A stretch of DNA of 64,000 nucleotides from Octopus sinensis. Its lineage: Eukaryota. Numbering within the stretch: the first letter of the stretch is position 1; every line of letters begins with the position of its first letter. Under the pieces are notes generated by a model, which searched no databases, was not told the DNA's origin, and saw nothing but the letters and a program-made list of their open reading frames with translations. The stretch is from the NCBI RefSeq assembly GCF_006345805.1, contig NC_042997.1, positions 142,600,001-142,664,000 of the forward strand, read 5' to 3'. A program made the position numbers and the translations under genes. Positions 1-13,942 of the stretch are shown one piece after another.

Positions 1-1497
1 TACATACAACTACAGGTATATGTTGTGACATTGATTCTCTACTACATTCACTAACACAGCTGCTGCTTTTATCATTATCTAATTGTGTTGTTGTTGTTGT
101 CGTACAAATGATTCATTAATTTCTACCGCTAGCAACGCAGGCTATCATTATATTGCCATCATTGTCCACATATTCATCTATCATTTGTGTTCAACTATAC
201 TTATCCTTCAAGAATCTGTGTATTCGTGAGTGTGTGTGTGTGTGTGCATGCATGCATGTGTTTCTGTGTGACTTCTTTTGACAATTGCAGACTGGTGCTT
301 ACATAGAAGCCATATCACTCATTATGGAGATAAATCACTATCTGCTGTTATGAATTCTAAAATGTGTGAAAAAATCATCATTTGCAGATGTGACTCAGAC
401 TCACTACCTTGCTCTAGCAACTTGCACAGCTCTGCTTCTAACCTATTTTTCCTGTCTTCAATACAACTCTGCTGTTTTATTACCAATGTGATTCCACTAT
501 TATAATTACTATTGACCCTTTAGTTAACGGATATTACTTTGTCTAGTTTTGCTTCCTTCCATGTTATAACTCACATAATTTTTTTTTTTGTCTTATCACA
601 AGAAACACATTTATTTATTGATGTATATGTAAACTCGAGCCTCTCCTATGGCTGTGTGGTTAAGAAGTTTTCTTTACAACCATGTAGTTTCAGGTTTAAT
701 CCCATTGCACAGCACAGTGGGCAAGTGTCTTCAAATATAATCCCAAATCAACTAATGTCTTATGAATAAATTTTAGTTGATAGAAACTGTGCAGAAGCCT
801 ATATATAGATATCATCATCATTGTTTAATGTCTGATTTTCACGCTGGCATGGGTTGGACAGTTTGACTGAGGTCTGGGAAAGCCAATGGCTGCACCAGGC
901 TCCAATCTGATCTGGCAATATTTCTACAACTGGATGCCCTTCCTAATGCCAACCACTCCAAGAGTGTAGTGGGTGCTTTTTACATGCCACTGGCACCGAA
1001 GCGAGTCAGGTGGCCCTGGTTTTTATGTGTGTAAGTTGTCTCAGAATCAATAAGTCAGGAAAAAATGCACTTGTATATCTGCCAATAGAGTGGATATATT
1101 ATTATATTATCCAAAGTGTCAGTATCATATATATATATATATCCATTATGGCCAATCTTACCAATCAGTTTCACACTAGAGATTCAACAGAATGTTAGAT
1201 AACAATCCGATTATGTAACCCTATGCTCATCAGAGGTAGCCAATATGGAATAAAATAAGGCGACATATGTGTGTATGTATGTATGTATGTATGTATGTAT
1301 GTTTGTTTGTCCCCACCAGGCTTAAAAGTAAGTATTGTGATCAATTTGTTTGACTGAGCCCTTCAAAGCAGTACCCCAGCATGGTCACAGTCCAATAACT
1401 GAAACAAGTAAAAAAAACAAAAGCTATAACAATGATAGATGTAAATAGATTTAATGAGAAGTCATTGATCTCAAAAGGCATTGTATAACATGTTCTC

Positions 1498-1498
<1 letters not shown>

Positions 1499-1548
<50 letters not shown>

Positions 1549-1557
1549 TGTGTGTGT
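1499..1557. repeat. (TG)n microsatellite
   Basis: Directly visible. Confidence 0.95.
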
Positions 1558-2361
1558 TTTGCTGTTGTTTGAAATGATATACTTTAATTCTACTATGATT
1601 CACTGACGAGGATACTGGCTCAACCAATATTATAATATTATTGCTAACCCAAATTTCATCATTGGTTTTAATCATTTCACTTCACTTTTATTGCTAATTC
1701 CGCCAGGAAAATATAGTTGCTAAACTCCCACCACATAGAAACGATCTGAGAAAGTGATAGGAAATTTTCCTCTTGTACACATCCAAGAAAATACTATGAC
1801 ATCATTGGAACATGTGGCTGTAAATAAATATGCTAATGAGAGGGAGGGAGGGGAGAGAGAGAGAGAGTAAGTGTATGGACATGAATCTCTATTTATAATC
1901 AGCATTGGCTTTGTTATTTTGTCTCTATTGTTATTCATCTTAGCAAGCAATTGTTCATATAGTAAAGGTAATGTTATTTTTTGTTGTTGTTTTTTTCTCT
2001 AGTCTGTTGATTTTCAATAATAATTTACTCTCCTTTGCATTCAAAATATTTTGTAGTTAGATGTTAAATTCTGACACTAATCACTGGTTCACTGTGTAGT
2101 TTTTTTGTTTTATATTTGTTATTTACTTATCAATCGTTTATAGTGACAGTAATTAAACTTTACTGAAGTGCCAGATTTTTGTGATAACTTATATTTTTAA
2201 CTGCTTGATGGCTACCTTGTTCTTATTCACATGCATTTGATGTGGCTAGCTGGCAGAATCATTAGTGTGTCAGACAAAATGCTTAGCAGTATTTCTTCTG
2301 GTTCTTTATATTTTGAGTTCAAATTCCATTGAGGTTAACTTTGCTTTCATATGATATTCTT

Positions 2362-2675
2362 ATAATAATAATAATAATAATAATGATAATAATAATGAAA
2401 TTATTGTATACAGTGCTCAGGTGCACCACAACTTGTCAAAAGTGCGTGTAAAGCATATGTAGTAAAGTACAAATGTCTGGAAAGTGAACAGTGTATGAGT
2501 CAGATACATGCTTGCGTGTGTATGGAGGGGAGAAAATCAGGTGTAGTGTTGGCGAATCTCAGGAAGCATGGAAGTTTTGAAGGATGCAGTGCTCCAACAA
2601 CTAACAACTGATGCCAGCAGTTTCTTCCATACTTCAGCAACTCATAGCATGAAAAAAAATTTCTGAAAGTCATAG
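2362..2675 (-). mobile_element. Second, shorter copy of the same CR1-group 3' end
   Basis: Near-identical to 19973-20280 (gaaattattgtatacagtg...ctgaaagtcatag) with the same tail. Confidence 0.88.
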
Positions 2676-2798
2676 TACCTATTCTCTGAGGGATAAAGAA
2701 TTGTTTTGCTGAAACACTTCACAAAACTGGGTATTAATCTCTTTTTAATACCAACCTGTCTAAGACCTTGGTTCTATGATATACATTTCCTGTTTTAA

Positions 2799-3001
2799 TC
2801 CTTTGGCATTTAAACTGGCCATATCTGGCCCAAAAACTCTACCTATTTTATGTTCAGACTAGCCAGATCCAGCTTTTCACACCTTTCCTAAAAATAAACA
2901 ATTATGTCATCAAACTTTCAAAGCCACAAAGTATTTCAAGATTAATTCAAAACAATGTGAATAAATAAGCATTACATTTGACTGATTTGAATGCTAAAGG
3001 G
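2799..3001. mobile_element. MITE family E nested in a family D copy (about 2738-3606)
   Basis: TTAA-tcctttggcatt ... aatgctaaaggg-TTCA, with family D sequence on both sides. Confidence 0.72.
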
Positions 3002-3140
3002 TTCAAGTGAGCTACATTAAAATCTTCCTCCAAAACTTTATGTTAATCTATTTGCTAAACATTAGTAATGAGTTATTTTACTAAATTCTTCGTTATTTTC
3101 AAAATTAATTGAAACGAAACCAATGTAGTTCAATAGAAGT

Positions 3141-3593
3141 CATCATCATCGTTTAACGTCCATTTTCCATGCTAGCATGGGTTGGACAATTTGACTGAGG
3201 ACTGGCGAACCAGATGGCTGCACCAGGCTCCAATCTGATCTGGCAGAGTTTCTACAGCTGGAAGCCCTTCCTAACGCCAACCACTCTGAGAGTGCAGTGG
3301 GTGCTTTTATGTGCCATTGGCACGAGGGCCAGTCATGCAGTACTGGCAACAGCCATGCTCAAATGGTGTTTTTTACGTGCCACCTGCACAGGAGCCAGTC
3401 TAGTGATCACTTGAATGATTTTTCACGTGCCACCGGCAGAAGTGCCAGTAAGGCGACGCTGGTAACGATGACACTCAGATGGTGCTCTTTATGTGCCACC
3501 GGCACGGAAGCCAGTTAGCTGCTCTGGCAACGATCACGCTCGTATGGTACTCTTAGCGCTCCACTAGCATGGATGCCAGTCATCGAATTTGAT
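3141..3593 (-). mobile_element. Family A non-autonomous retroelement with five internal ~50-65-bp tandem units and (GAT)n tail
   Basis: catcatcatcgtttaacgtccattttccatgctagcatgggttggac..gcccttcctaacgccaacc, followed by repeated ggtgcttttta(c/t)gtgccaccggcac units. Confidence 0.8.
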
Positions 3594-3674
3594 TGTAACA
3601 AAAGTGTAAACGCTTGATCTATGGAGTTTAGAGTCCAGTATTTTGTCCATTCATTCAGATTCACTTCTACATTT

Positions 3675-4083
3675 ACTCTTTTACTTGTTTCACTCATTTG
3701 ACTGTGGTCATGCTGGAGCACCACCTTTAGTCAAGCAAATCGACCCCAGGACTTATTCTTTGTAAGCCTAGTACTTATTCTATCAGTCTCTTTTGCCGAA
3801 CTGCTAAGTTACGGTGACATAAACACACCAGCATCAGTTGTCAAGCGCTGTTGGGGGGACAAACACAGACACACAAACATATATATACACACACACATAC
3901 ACACACACACATATATACATATATATGATGGGTTTCTTTCAGTTTCCATCTACCAAATCCACTCACAAGGCTTTGGTCGACCCGAGGCTATAGTAGAAGA
4001 CACTTGCCCAAAGTGCCATGCAGTGGGACTGAACCCAGAACCATGTGGATGGTAAACAAGCTGCTTACCACACAGCCACTCCT
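3675..4083 (-). mobile_element. SINE family B, full copy
   Basis: Reverse complement of 43761-44130 along its length. Confidence 0.85.
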
Positions 4084-6462
4084 TTTACATTGTAACAGAA
4101 AGCATGGATAAAACAGTGGACACTTCTATAGAGGAGAGTTTTGTTCTCTACTAGTTGATTTTCCCCTTATTCAAATTGGTGGTTTTAGTTTGATTACATT
4201 TGGGCACACTTTTGTGGATATTATCTAAAATGTCATTAAATAATTGGACATTTGTAGGATAGCCTCTTCTGCTAGCACTGAGTGACTAATGAATTATTTG
4301 TAAAACAAGTGAAATGTTTGTGAAGGCAAAACAATGTAGTTAAAATAGCAGAAAAAAACATTTATAGTATTTAATTTGATTAGGGGTTTTGGGGAAGGTT
4401 TTTGCCAAGTAATTTTACACCAAGTATAAAAGAAATGTGTGTGATTAATTTCAGAACTTTGTATGATGGTGGTTTATTTTCTGGTGTTTAACTGAACTTT
4501 GCTATCGTAAAAGCAAAAACATATTCATAGAAGTCAAGAAATTAATGTTGAGGGAATTTAAAACAAGAAAAATGTGTCAATGAGTGATATGTTACATTCT
4601 TGTGTATGTTTTCATTTTGAGGAATAATTCTGAATATATTAGTAGAGCCAAATGTTATGATTTAGTAGAATTATTTGTGAATCTGTTGGGAACTGTTGGG
4701 AATTATGTATGTACATATTTCATCATCTGATCAATACTTAATTTCTGTACTAAGAAAATTTTGGTGGAAATCAAGGCATATACTTTCTCTGTTGTCTTCC
4801 CAGACTTTTTCTCATCTAGACCTCACTTGATGAATAAAATCTTCTGAATCCCTTGGTGGTATCTACACAGCTTCTGATTATAGCTGAATAGACAAGTATA
4901 TTTATGAATTGTTGCTACATTTGTATGTGCTGGTTTCAGACTTCTTTCAATAACTCTTCCACTTATGAAACTAAAGAAGAATCAGTTTATTTGACATATT
5001 TCACATGTTCATTATCACATTTATTGTTTCTTTTATTCATTATTATTTAAAACTTGCATTTCCTCTTCAATTCTCCTATATCACACACAACTAAGCTGGT
5101 TTTGTTTTTTGAAGCCAGTCGTTAAGGCCATCAAGTATTTTCCCTCTTTGTCCTTCTTTTCAGTTTCCTTATTGTGACTAAGTGCTCAAAATCTTTCTTT
5201 TTTCTCATATAACATCCAATGAGCTGAACCTGTTCACCATATAATGTTGGGAAACCTTCTGGTGGGTTTTACCCATCTGAGGACCTTGATGTTCATTCTA
5301 TCTTCAGGTTTTATGCAATACATGCAACTTTAATTCTATTTTCACAATCATTAATGTGAAACTTGCATTTTATATAGCTTTTATTATTATCAAGGAGATA
5401 AAAAAAATTATCTAAATTACCTCCATTGAATTCAGTTCTTAGATAGAATTAATCTAATTTCATCCTTGCCATTAGTTTGAAATTAGTAAAATATATATCT
5501 TTCAAATAAGATTTGACATTATAAAACAAACTAAGGCAGAAGAAAAGGGCAAACCCACTATGTAAGCTCAAACTACATGTCTTGACAATTATTGTACAGA
5601 GCATATACCATTTTCTTTTTACAAATTACCTGCTATAAATGACTTTTTCTCGTTATTTTAACTGTATTTATCTCTACAAGCATTTCACTGGTTTCACTAA
5701 TAATTCATCAGCCACTCAGTGCTAACCAGAGCAGCTATCTTACTAATATCCAAATATCTTGATAGCATCTAAGATGATATCTACAAATTATCCCCAAAAT
5801 GTAATTCCTATCCTAATGAGTTTTCAACATATATCTCTCTTTTGAACATGGAGTACCTTAGTGGGCAGTTTATACAAGGGAAATAATCATTTCTTCATAA
5901 TATGTAGCAGGATTAGAAGTTTGAATTAAGGAATAAAGAAGAAGATGCATAAAATGTACATATTTATTTATTTGTTTGTTTATTCTGCCTACTTATGGAC
6001 GTCTTCAAATATCTTTGAAATTTGCTTGTCAGAGGCAAAAGCACACACTTTGGGCTTCATTTAAATTTCCTCTGGTTTCATTCCAACTGAGCCAATAGCA
6101 CAACTTTCTCCATTGTCATTTGACCTACAAGAAATCCCAGCCAGATATCCCTCAAATCATATGTTTCCACTTTGAAATAGGATGGCCAGATTGGATAATG
6201 TACTTCTGCATATGCTTTACCTTGACAGAATAGACATGGCTCAAACAGAGCTGTTTGCTTTAAGATGAACTTAGGTTAACAAAAACAACAGCAATCCACT
6301 TTAAACTCAGTAACCATGAAACTACATGGTACACTTAAAGAAAGTAGAGCCTTCTGACTTATTTAGCTTCCACTCCATCATTCTTATTGCTGATATTTCT
6401 AAGTTGAAGGGTTCAAAAGTTTTTAACTATCTCGTGTAGTAGCTTAAACTTTGCTTTTGTGT

Positions 6463-6930
6463 TTGGAGTGTAGTTGATAGGTTCACTTTGCAATCACATG
6501 GTTTTGGGCCTAGTTTTTCTATGCAGCACCTTGAGTAAGTGTCTTTTGCTATAGCCATGGGTTTACCACTGCCTTGTGAGGCTCTGGACACAGTCCCACT
6601 GCATGGCACCTTGGGCAAGTGTCTTGTGCCAACCAAAGGCTTGTGAGTGGATTTGGTAGACAGAACTGAAAAAAGCCCATCGTATATATATATGTGTGTG
6701 TGTGTGTGTGTATGTGCATGTTTGTGTGTCTGTGTTCGTCGTCCCCCTCCATCATCGTTTGACAACCGATGTAGGTCTGTCTATGTTCCCATAACTTAGC
6801 AGTTTGGCAAAAGAGACCTATAGAATAAGTACTAGGCTTACAAAGAATTATTCTTGGGGCCAATTTGTTCAACTAGAGGTGATGCTCCAGCATGGCCACA
6901 ATCAAATGACTGAAACAGATAAAAGAATAA
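6463..6930 (+). mobile_element. SINE family B with duplicated head segment
   Basis: Two successive gcaccttg(a/g)g(t/c)aagtgtctt segments, followed by the family B body and tail. Confidence 0.75.
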
Positions 6931-7639
6931 ACAAACACATGCATCAATATAATCATTTAACATCTGTTTTCCATGCTACTACAGTTTACACACACACACA
7001 CACACACACACTTGGATTGGTGGGTAGATATGTTTATGTGTATGTCCTTGCAATTGTGTTTGTACCCACACATTGACACTTGACAACACTGGTGTTAGCT
7101 TGTTTACATTTCCATACATTGCAGTTCAGCGAAAGAGACCGATAGAATATGTATCAGAAAGTACTGAGGTCAATTTGTTTGACTAAAACTCTTCAAGGTA
7201 GTGCTCCAGTATGGCTGCAGTCCAATGAGTGAAACAAGTAAAAGAGAAAAGCTGCCTTTGAAAGTGTAGAACTTGCATATAAATTTTGTTGACAGGAAGT
7301 GTTAACCAACAAACATCACCATTTATAGCAACATCTTTCCATAATAATAGAAGATGTAAAAACTTTTCAAATTAAATCACCAAATATGGAATGTGCATTT
7401 GTGACTTGAAGGGAGAGAGTGAGGAAAGACTGAGTTAGTGGAATTTTCTGCAAATAATTGGACATGTAATAAATGAAAAGAAAATGACACCAAAATAAAA
7501 CAAAATATTATGGCACAGCATATATAAAAAATAATAAAGCATATGCTCATGTGATTAAATTTCTTTTATTATATTGTTATATTCATTTTTTGCCACATAA
7601 TTTAGTTTGTTTGAGTCATTCATATTATTATTATGATAC

Positions 7640-7843
7640 CAGCTGAGTTAGCATACTGGGCAAAATGCTAAACCGTATTTCAGCTGTCACTATGTTCTGA
7701 GTTCAAATTCCCCTGAGGTCAACTTTGCCTTTCATCCGTTCGGGATTGATAAATTAAGTACCAGTTGACTACTGGGATCATTGTAATTGATTCTCCTTCC
7801 CCCACCAAATTTCAGGCCTTGTGCCTATAATAGAAAGGATTAT
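7640..7843 (+). mobile_element. SINE family C
   Basis: gttctgagttcaaattcccctgaggtcaactttgcctttcatcc..gataaattaagtaccag. Confidence 0.8.
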
Positions 7844-8189
7844 TATACCGGTTGAGGTAGGTGTTGGACTGTCTTTATACCTGTTTTACTCACCACTGTC
7901 GAATGTATGTCAGCAGTTTCTAATGGTTGTGGTGTTAGCTACTACCAAATACATGTATGTAAAGGGTATTCAAAATAGAACAAATTTCAATTGATGCACT
8001 TCAGCCTCCCTCATATCACCTACCTACTCACCCACCTCTCTCTTCTCCCTCCCTCTCTCTCACTTTCTCTCCTCTCTTCCTCTATTCTCTCCCCCCCCTC
8101 TCTCTCTCTCTGGATATATATGTGAATGTGTGTAAAGAAAATGGTAACATGTTTAGTTCCATTATCAAAATCATTAGTACTTTAATCTT

Positions 8190-8550
8190 TTATTTTTCAC
8201 TCATTGGATTGTACCTATGCTGGGGCACCACTTAAAAAGGTTTAATTGAACAAATCAACCCCTGTTGATACTTATTTTACTGACCGATTTTGTCAAACTG
8301 CTAAGTTGCAGACATAAACAAACCAACACTGGTTATCAAGTGATGGTAGGGACAAACAGACACACACACACACGCATATACATGCACAACAGGCTTTCAC
8401 ACAGTTTCCATCTACCAAATTCACTCACAAGGCAGTGGTTGAATTGAAGCTATAATAAAAGAGACTTGCCCAAGGTGCCATGCAAAGGGACTGAACCCAA
8501 AACCACGTGGTTGCACACCAAGCTTCTTAACCATGCAATCGTGCCAGTGT
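8190..8550 (-). mobile_element. SINE family B
   Basis: acttgcccaaggtgccatgc..ggactgaaccc..cttcttaacca. Confidence 0.75.
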
Positions 8551-10205
8551 ATATTTAGCATTTTTGTTTGTGTAAGTTTATTCTTCACAAATCAATGTTA
8601 AATGATTGACTTAAATGATGCCATTGCTAAGCTACAATCTGCAGACAAAATTAGCTAATAAAACGTTATTATATAGTTAATTGATCATTTTGGTGCCAAA
8701 TAACCTATAATCACCATTCACTTTTGTTTGAACAGTTTTGTTCTTTATTTTTTTTATAAAGATACAAAAGTCAGTAGTTACAATTTTTTTTTTTTTGTAG
8801 TTGTTTTGTCGAACAAGAACTGAATGTGTGAGCATGTGTGTGTAATGTATGCATAATATAAATACATATATACACACATGTATATATATATGTGTATATG
8901 TGTATATATACATAATATATATCTATATATAGATGCAAACCTGTATGTGTGTGTGTGTGTGTGCATATGATATATATGTGTCAGTATATTTGCATATTTA
9001 TATATATATATAATTATAGTCTAACCATGCCACTATGGAATATAGACATTAAATGATGACGATGATGATGTATGAGTGTGTGAAAGAGAGAGAGAGAGAG
9101 AGAGAGAGTAATTTTATTGATGAAATAAATATTAAGTGACATTTGATTGTCCCTGACCTTGTGCAGCAAAGTACAGCAACTAAAACGTGACACAAATTTA
9201 GCATTAAAATCTTAAATGATTTTAAATTCAATTTGAATACATTTTGTGGCAAAAATCTATTATTTGCATTCTGAAAAATTATATTGATGGGTATTTAAAG
9301 AGACAATAATTTGTGTCCAAATTTACACAAGGAAAATGTGAAAAATTGCATTGCGAAAAGAGAGAGTTTGAAGTTACATTAAAAGATTAAATGAAATAAC
9401 TAAAACACAAATTTCCTGCTGATGCTTGGAAAGTTATATTTTATAATCAGCAACCCAGAGTTTAAGTAGATATGAGTCAAATTCATGCTATCATTCTTTA
9501 TGTTATGAGAGAAAAATCTAATTAATAAGTGATACTTATGCAGTGAAGAAAGAAAATCAATTAGCTTGGAGATTAATATTATTTTAATCTAAAGATATTT
9601 TAATCCAGATAAGTAGATAAACTAAATGCTTTGCATTATTTCATCTCATCTATCATTATCATGAATCCAAATCTTGTCTTTCAACATTTCAAACTAGATA
9701 AAATAAGTACCAGTTATATATTGGAAAATCATTATTGTTATCACCATTCGATGTCTCATTTTCCATATTGGCATGGGTTAGCTAGTTTGACAGGTGCTGG
9801 CAAGCCAGAGGACTGCACCAATATACTGAATCTACTGGATGTTTTCTATGTGGCACCAGCACCAGTGAGGTCACCTATTAACTTGCATAACAAAAGACCT
9901 CTCAGCTGAGCAGGTGCGGAGTAATAAGGGGTGTGGTTTTATGCTAGGTGATGATGATAAGTTAAACTATAATAGAGGCACAAGAACAGTGTCTTATTGA
10001 AGAGAGAACACATGGTTACATTAGTTGGTAAAGAGACGGGGAAAGAAAGAAAGAGAGAAAGAAAGAAGATGGTGATGATGTGTTAGCAGGGCATACTCTA
10101 TAGTTACAAGGAGGTAATGAATGAAAACAGAGAAAAAAGACAACACAAGAGATGAGTTTTAATAAATATTGTTTTAGTTTAACATAAAAGAAGGAAGGGG
10201 AAAAA

Positions 10206-10245
10206 GTTTTAATGTTTTAGATATTATTAGTCCTTCATCAGAGGA
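10206..10245 (-). ncRNA. Decayed hammerhead motif in a PLE-like LTR remnant (about 10170-10330)
   Basis: Minus strand: cct-CTGATGA-AGGAC taataat ATCT-AAAA-CATT-aaaac, compatible with CTGATGA..GTCC-GAAA-CGTT after CpG decay. Confidence 0.45.
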
Positions 10246-11206
10246 AAAGCATAGAGGCGAGAAAGAGGTGGGGAAAAGTTGACAAGAAAAAAAAATCAAA
10301 CAAGGGGTTAGGAGCCTAGTGGGAATGTGGTTCTTGGTAGATGGAGAATTAGAAAGGGAGGAGAGAGTGGGGTGTGCAATTTTTTTTTTCCCTTTCTCTG
10401 TTTCTTGAGTCTTTCCAGGAAGAAAATCCCTCAGATAGTTCTTACTACTAACATCTAACAGCTAATCTTGTGGTTTTTCTTTCCATATTCTCGATGGGGC
10501 ACAGCTTCAGTATGGCTCTGTGGTCCTGGTTACCACAGCCCTCACCACCAGCCCATACTTTACCCCAAAGGTGGCAACAAACCAAAGCTTAACATCATAG
10601 TCAATATCTTTGACTGTGGCTCTTATGTTTTGTTAGTCCAAGTTTTGCAGCACCAGTACTGCAGGTGTGTGGTACACCTACTTAACCTGCTTCTTTACTC
10701 CATCTTCAATCTTAAGAAACAGTCATACAGGTTACCTGCAATTGTGATCTCAAGAGCTTGAGGAAACTTGCTCCACCTTTGACCATACAGATAGAAGTTA
10801 CTTTTCTCCTTTCTCACTTTTTAATGAAACGTTCTGGCAAAGAGTTGCTATTTTGCTTCTTTTTTTTTTCTGATTACAAAACTATCAAATGAAATATTTT
10901 TCTTGGCTAGGTTGCTCATGTTCAAAATCGAAATGTCACTAGCTGCATGAGCAAAGATAAAATTATTGTTGCGATTTATTTTTTTTTTATAAGACGCGTG
11001 TGTGTGTGTGTGTGTGCATTGTTATTGCTGTTTTTGTTTATATCATGGGAACTTGTGTTTCTGGATGTTAAATTGTAATCACCTGTATTTGAGAATATTG
11101 GTGTAAAAAATTATAATCTCCTTGAAGGAACATCATATGATGATTGTAAAAGAGTGTAACTGTCATACAAGGGGTATCCTTCACTTCCTATCACCATAGA
11201 GAAATA

Positions 11207-11423
11207 TTGGTTTCAAATTTTGGTACAAGGCCATAAATTTCAAGGAAATTGGTAAATCAGTTACACCAACCCCACTGCTCAGCTGGTACTTATTTTATTA
11301 ACTCTAAAAGGAAGAAATGCAAAGTCAATTCCTCCAGAATTTGAACTCAGATCGTAGAGATGGACAAAATACTGCTAAGAATTTTGCCTAGTGTGCTAGC
11401 AGTTCTGCCAGCTCTCCACCTTA
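11207..11423 (-). mobile_element. SINE family C
   Basis: Reverse complement of the family C consensus (gaatttgaactcag, ctggtacttatttt). Confidence 0.75.
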
Positions 11424-11632
11424 AACCATGGGGAAATAGTATCTTGATTAGAAATAAGGAAACAAATGAAATCTATCTGACCCTTGCTAACATCAAAAAG
11501 TAGATGTTAAAAGTTGACATTGGCAGAATTTGAACTCAGAATGTGGAGACAGACAAAATGCAGGTAAGCATTTTGCCTGGCATGCTAATGATTCAGTCAA
11601 TTTGCTGTCTTAATCATAATGATAATAATGAT

Positions 11633-11815
11633 AACAAGAACACTCAGAGAGTGCAAACCTCTCAACGATTAACCAGAGATGATTTTTAAAATGAAAATAT
11701 CTGAAATAAACCCGACTGCTCTCACAAACAAGAATACTAAAATTGAACCCGACACTCTCAAAAATTAAGTAAAAAAAAAAATGCAGGAAAAATAATTCAG
11801 ATCCCTTGTCTGAAT
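11633..11815 (+). mobile_element. Possible Helentron/DINE-1-like non-autonomous fragment
   Basis: Starts aacaagaacactcagagagtgcaaac, with an internal duplicated aacccgac(tg/a)ctctca unit. Confidence 0.4.
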
Positions 11816-13668
11816 TATTAATAATAAAAAGTAATGAGCTTTTCTACTTTTGGCACAAGGCTGGCAATTTTGAAGGAAGGGCGATAGTCGATTACATCAA
11901 TCCCAGTGTTTCACTGGTATTTAATTTTTCAACCCCAAAAGGATGAAAGGCACAGTTAACCTCAACTGAATTTGAACTCAGAACATAATGAATGCGAAGA
12001 AATACAGCTCTGTCAATTCTATCAGCTCTCTGATAATAACAGTAATAACAATAATAATATATTCTAAATACAAAAGAAAATAAGAACTGGTTGACTTTAG
12101 AAAATCGTTAAGTTGATTATTAACTTGTATATTTAATTCAACTTCTATTAGAAAAATATGTGCTTGAAAAATATCCCAGAAGAAATCAATTTTTCAACTT
12201 TAGAAGTCATCACACTTAATGAAGTATAGATTCTCTGCTTCAAGAATCTATATATTATCTCATAAGGGAAAGTATTTCTGCAAACCAAAGAAGCCATCTT
12301 GAATGTTTTCCTTATCCCCATCATGATTATTGTTGTTGTTGTTGTTGTTGTTATTGTCACTTCAACATCATCCTCATCTTCATCATTTCTTCTTTTATGC
12401 ATTGGAGGAGAGTGCTCTCATTTTTCAATGTAGCTTAAACAATATTTGGAGGATTCTCATGAGATATATTGACTTAAAATATCAGTAAAAGAATATCTTT
12501 GTAGTATAGAGCTTTTTATCTGCATTTATTTGTATATTTTTATTATTATTATTAGTGTTATTGTTAAATACAGAAACCAATACGTTAATTTATAAACATG
12601 ATGGAAATGATTTTTAAATTCCTACAGCTTGGAGGAAACTGCTTATTTTCTGGAGGGGAATATATTAACATTTCTGTTAGTTCTTTTCTTTTTTAAAACA
12701 TTATTGCATTATTTTCTAAATGGAAAGTATTATTTTTTTAAATGAAAAATATTATTTGCAATCCCAAAACATGAAGTATTCATTATAGCAAAGATATTGT
12801 ACGATGATATGGTAATTTATAATCAGTTCTTTTGATTTGTACTGAGTTGTTCATAAAATATATATTGTTTAAGAATTAATTTAAATATCTGAATGACTTG
12901 TTATTAAGATTCAAATTTTCTGGACTACTGACCTTCTCTTTTACTTCATCATCATCATCATTATCAGCATCATCATGGTTGCTTTTATGTCTCCTTTTTC
13001 CCATGCTGGCATGAGTTGGATGAGTTTTCTTGAATCAGTATTCTATAACCTTGAATGCCTTTCCTGATACCACTCCTTGTTTTTCAAGTAAAGTATTTTA
13101 TTTCACGCTTTCACACCACAGACTGCTGCTGTTTTTGTATATGAAAGACATAAATAGCACTGGAGCAGCATTAAGTCAAGACATGCAGAATTGACACACA
13201 CATGCATTGCTTCTTATAGCAGAAACGGCTGTCAGCTAATGAAAGTGATTATGTAATTCCTGATCTTTTGTCAATCATTAATTGATTTCATACTCTGTAC
13301 TCACCTGATCTTGACTCTAAAGCATAAGTATATCAGTTCTAACTGGTTATTAGTATTGTTATGCCTAAACAAAATTATAAAGTGTGTGTGTATATATAAT
13401 ATATATAGTGGTATGGTATGTATAATATATATAGTGTAGTCAATGCTAGTACCACCTTACTGGCCCTCATGCTGGTGGTACGTAAAAAGCACCCACTACA
13501 TTCTTGAAGTGGTTGGCATTAGGAAGGGCATCCAGCTGCAGAAACCTTGCCAGTTCAGATTGGAGCCTGGTACAGCCTTTTGGCTTGCCAGTACTTAGTC
13601 AAACTGTCCAACTCATGCCAACATGGAAAGCGGATGTTAAATGATGATGATAGATATATATATCAAAA

Positions 13669-13884
13669 AGGCGGTGAGCTGGCAGAACCATTAGTATGCC
13701 GGACGAAATACGTAGCCATATTTTGTCTGCCATTACGTTCTGAGTTCAAATTCCGCCGAGGTCGACTTTGCTTTTCATCCTTTTGGGGTCGATAAATTAA
13801 GTACCAGTTATGCACTGGGGTTGATGTAATCGACCTAATCCACTTGTCTGTCCTTGTTTAGCCCCTTGTGGGTAATAAAGAAAC

Positions 13885-13885
<1 letters not shown>
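13669..13885 (+). mobile_element. tRNA-derived SINE, family C (reference copy)
   Basis: ggcggtgagctggcagaa..gagttcaaattcc (B box), then gaggtcgactttgcttttcatccttttggggtcgataaattaagtaccag. Other copies at about 2.25, 7.65, 11.2, 11.5, 11.85, 21.1 and 30.65 kb. Confidence 0.85.

Positions 13886-13886
<1 letters not shown>

Positions 13887-13942
<56 letters not shown>
13887..13942. repeat. (TA)n(GA)n compound microsatellite
   Basis: Directly visible. Confidence 0.95.

Noticed and set aside
3298-3590. CRISPR-like array (repeat core with variable spacers)
   Set aside because: The spacers are homologous to each other, the units are degenerate, there are no cas genes and the context is eukaryotic. 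It is an internal minisatellite of a retroelement.
5669-5715. Hammerhead on the minus strand (CTGATGA..GAAATGCTTG)
   Set aside because: Stems I and II do not pair convincingly; kept only as a possible member of the scatter.
10440-10800. Possible RTE remnant (YWCCKTWT on the minus strand)
   Set aside because: A single weak motif; not enough to annotate.
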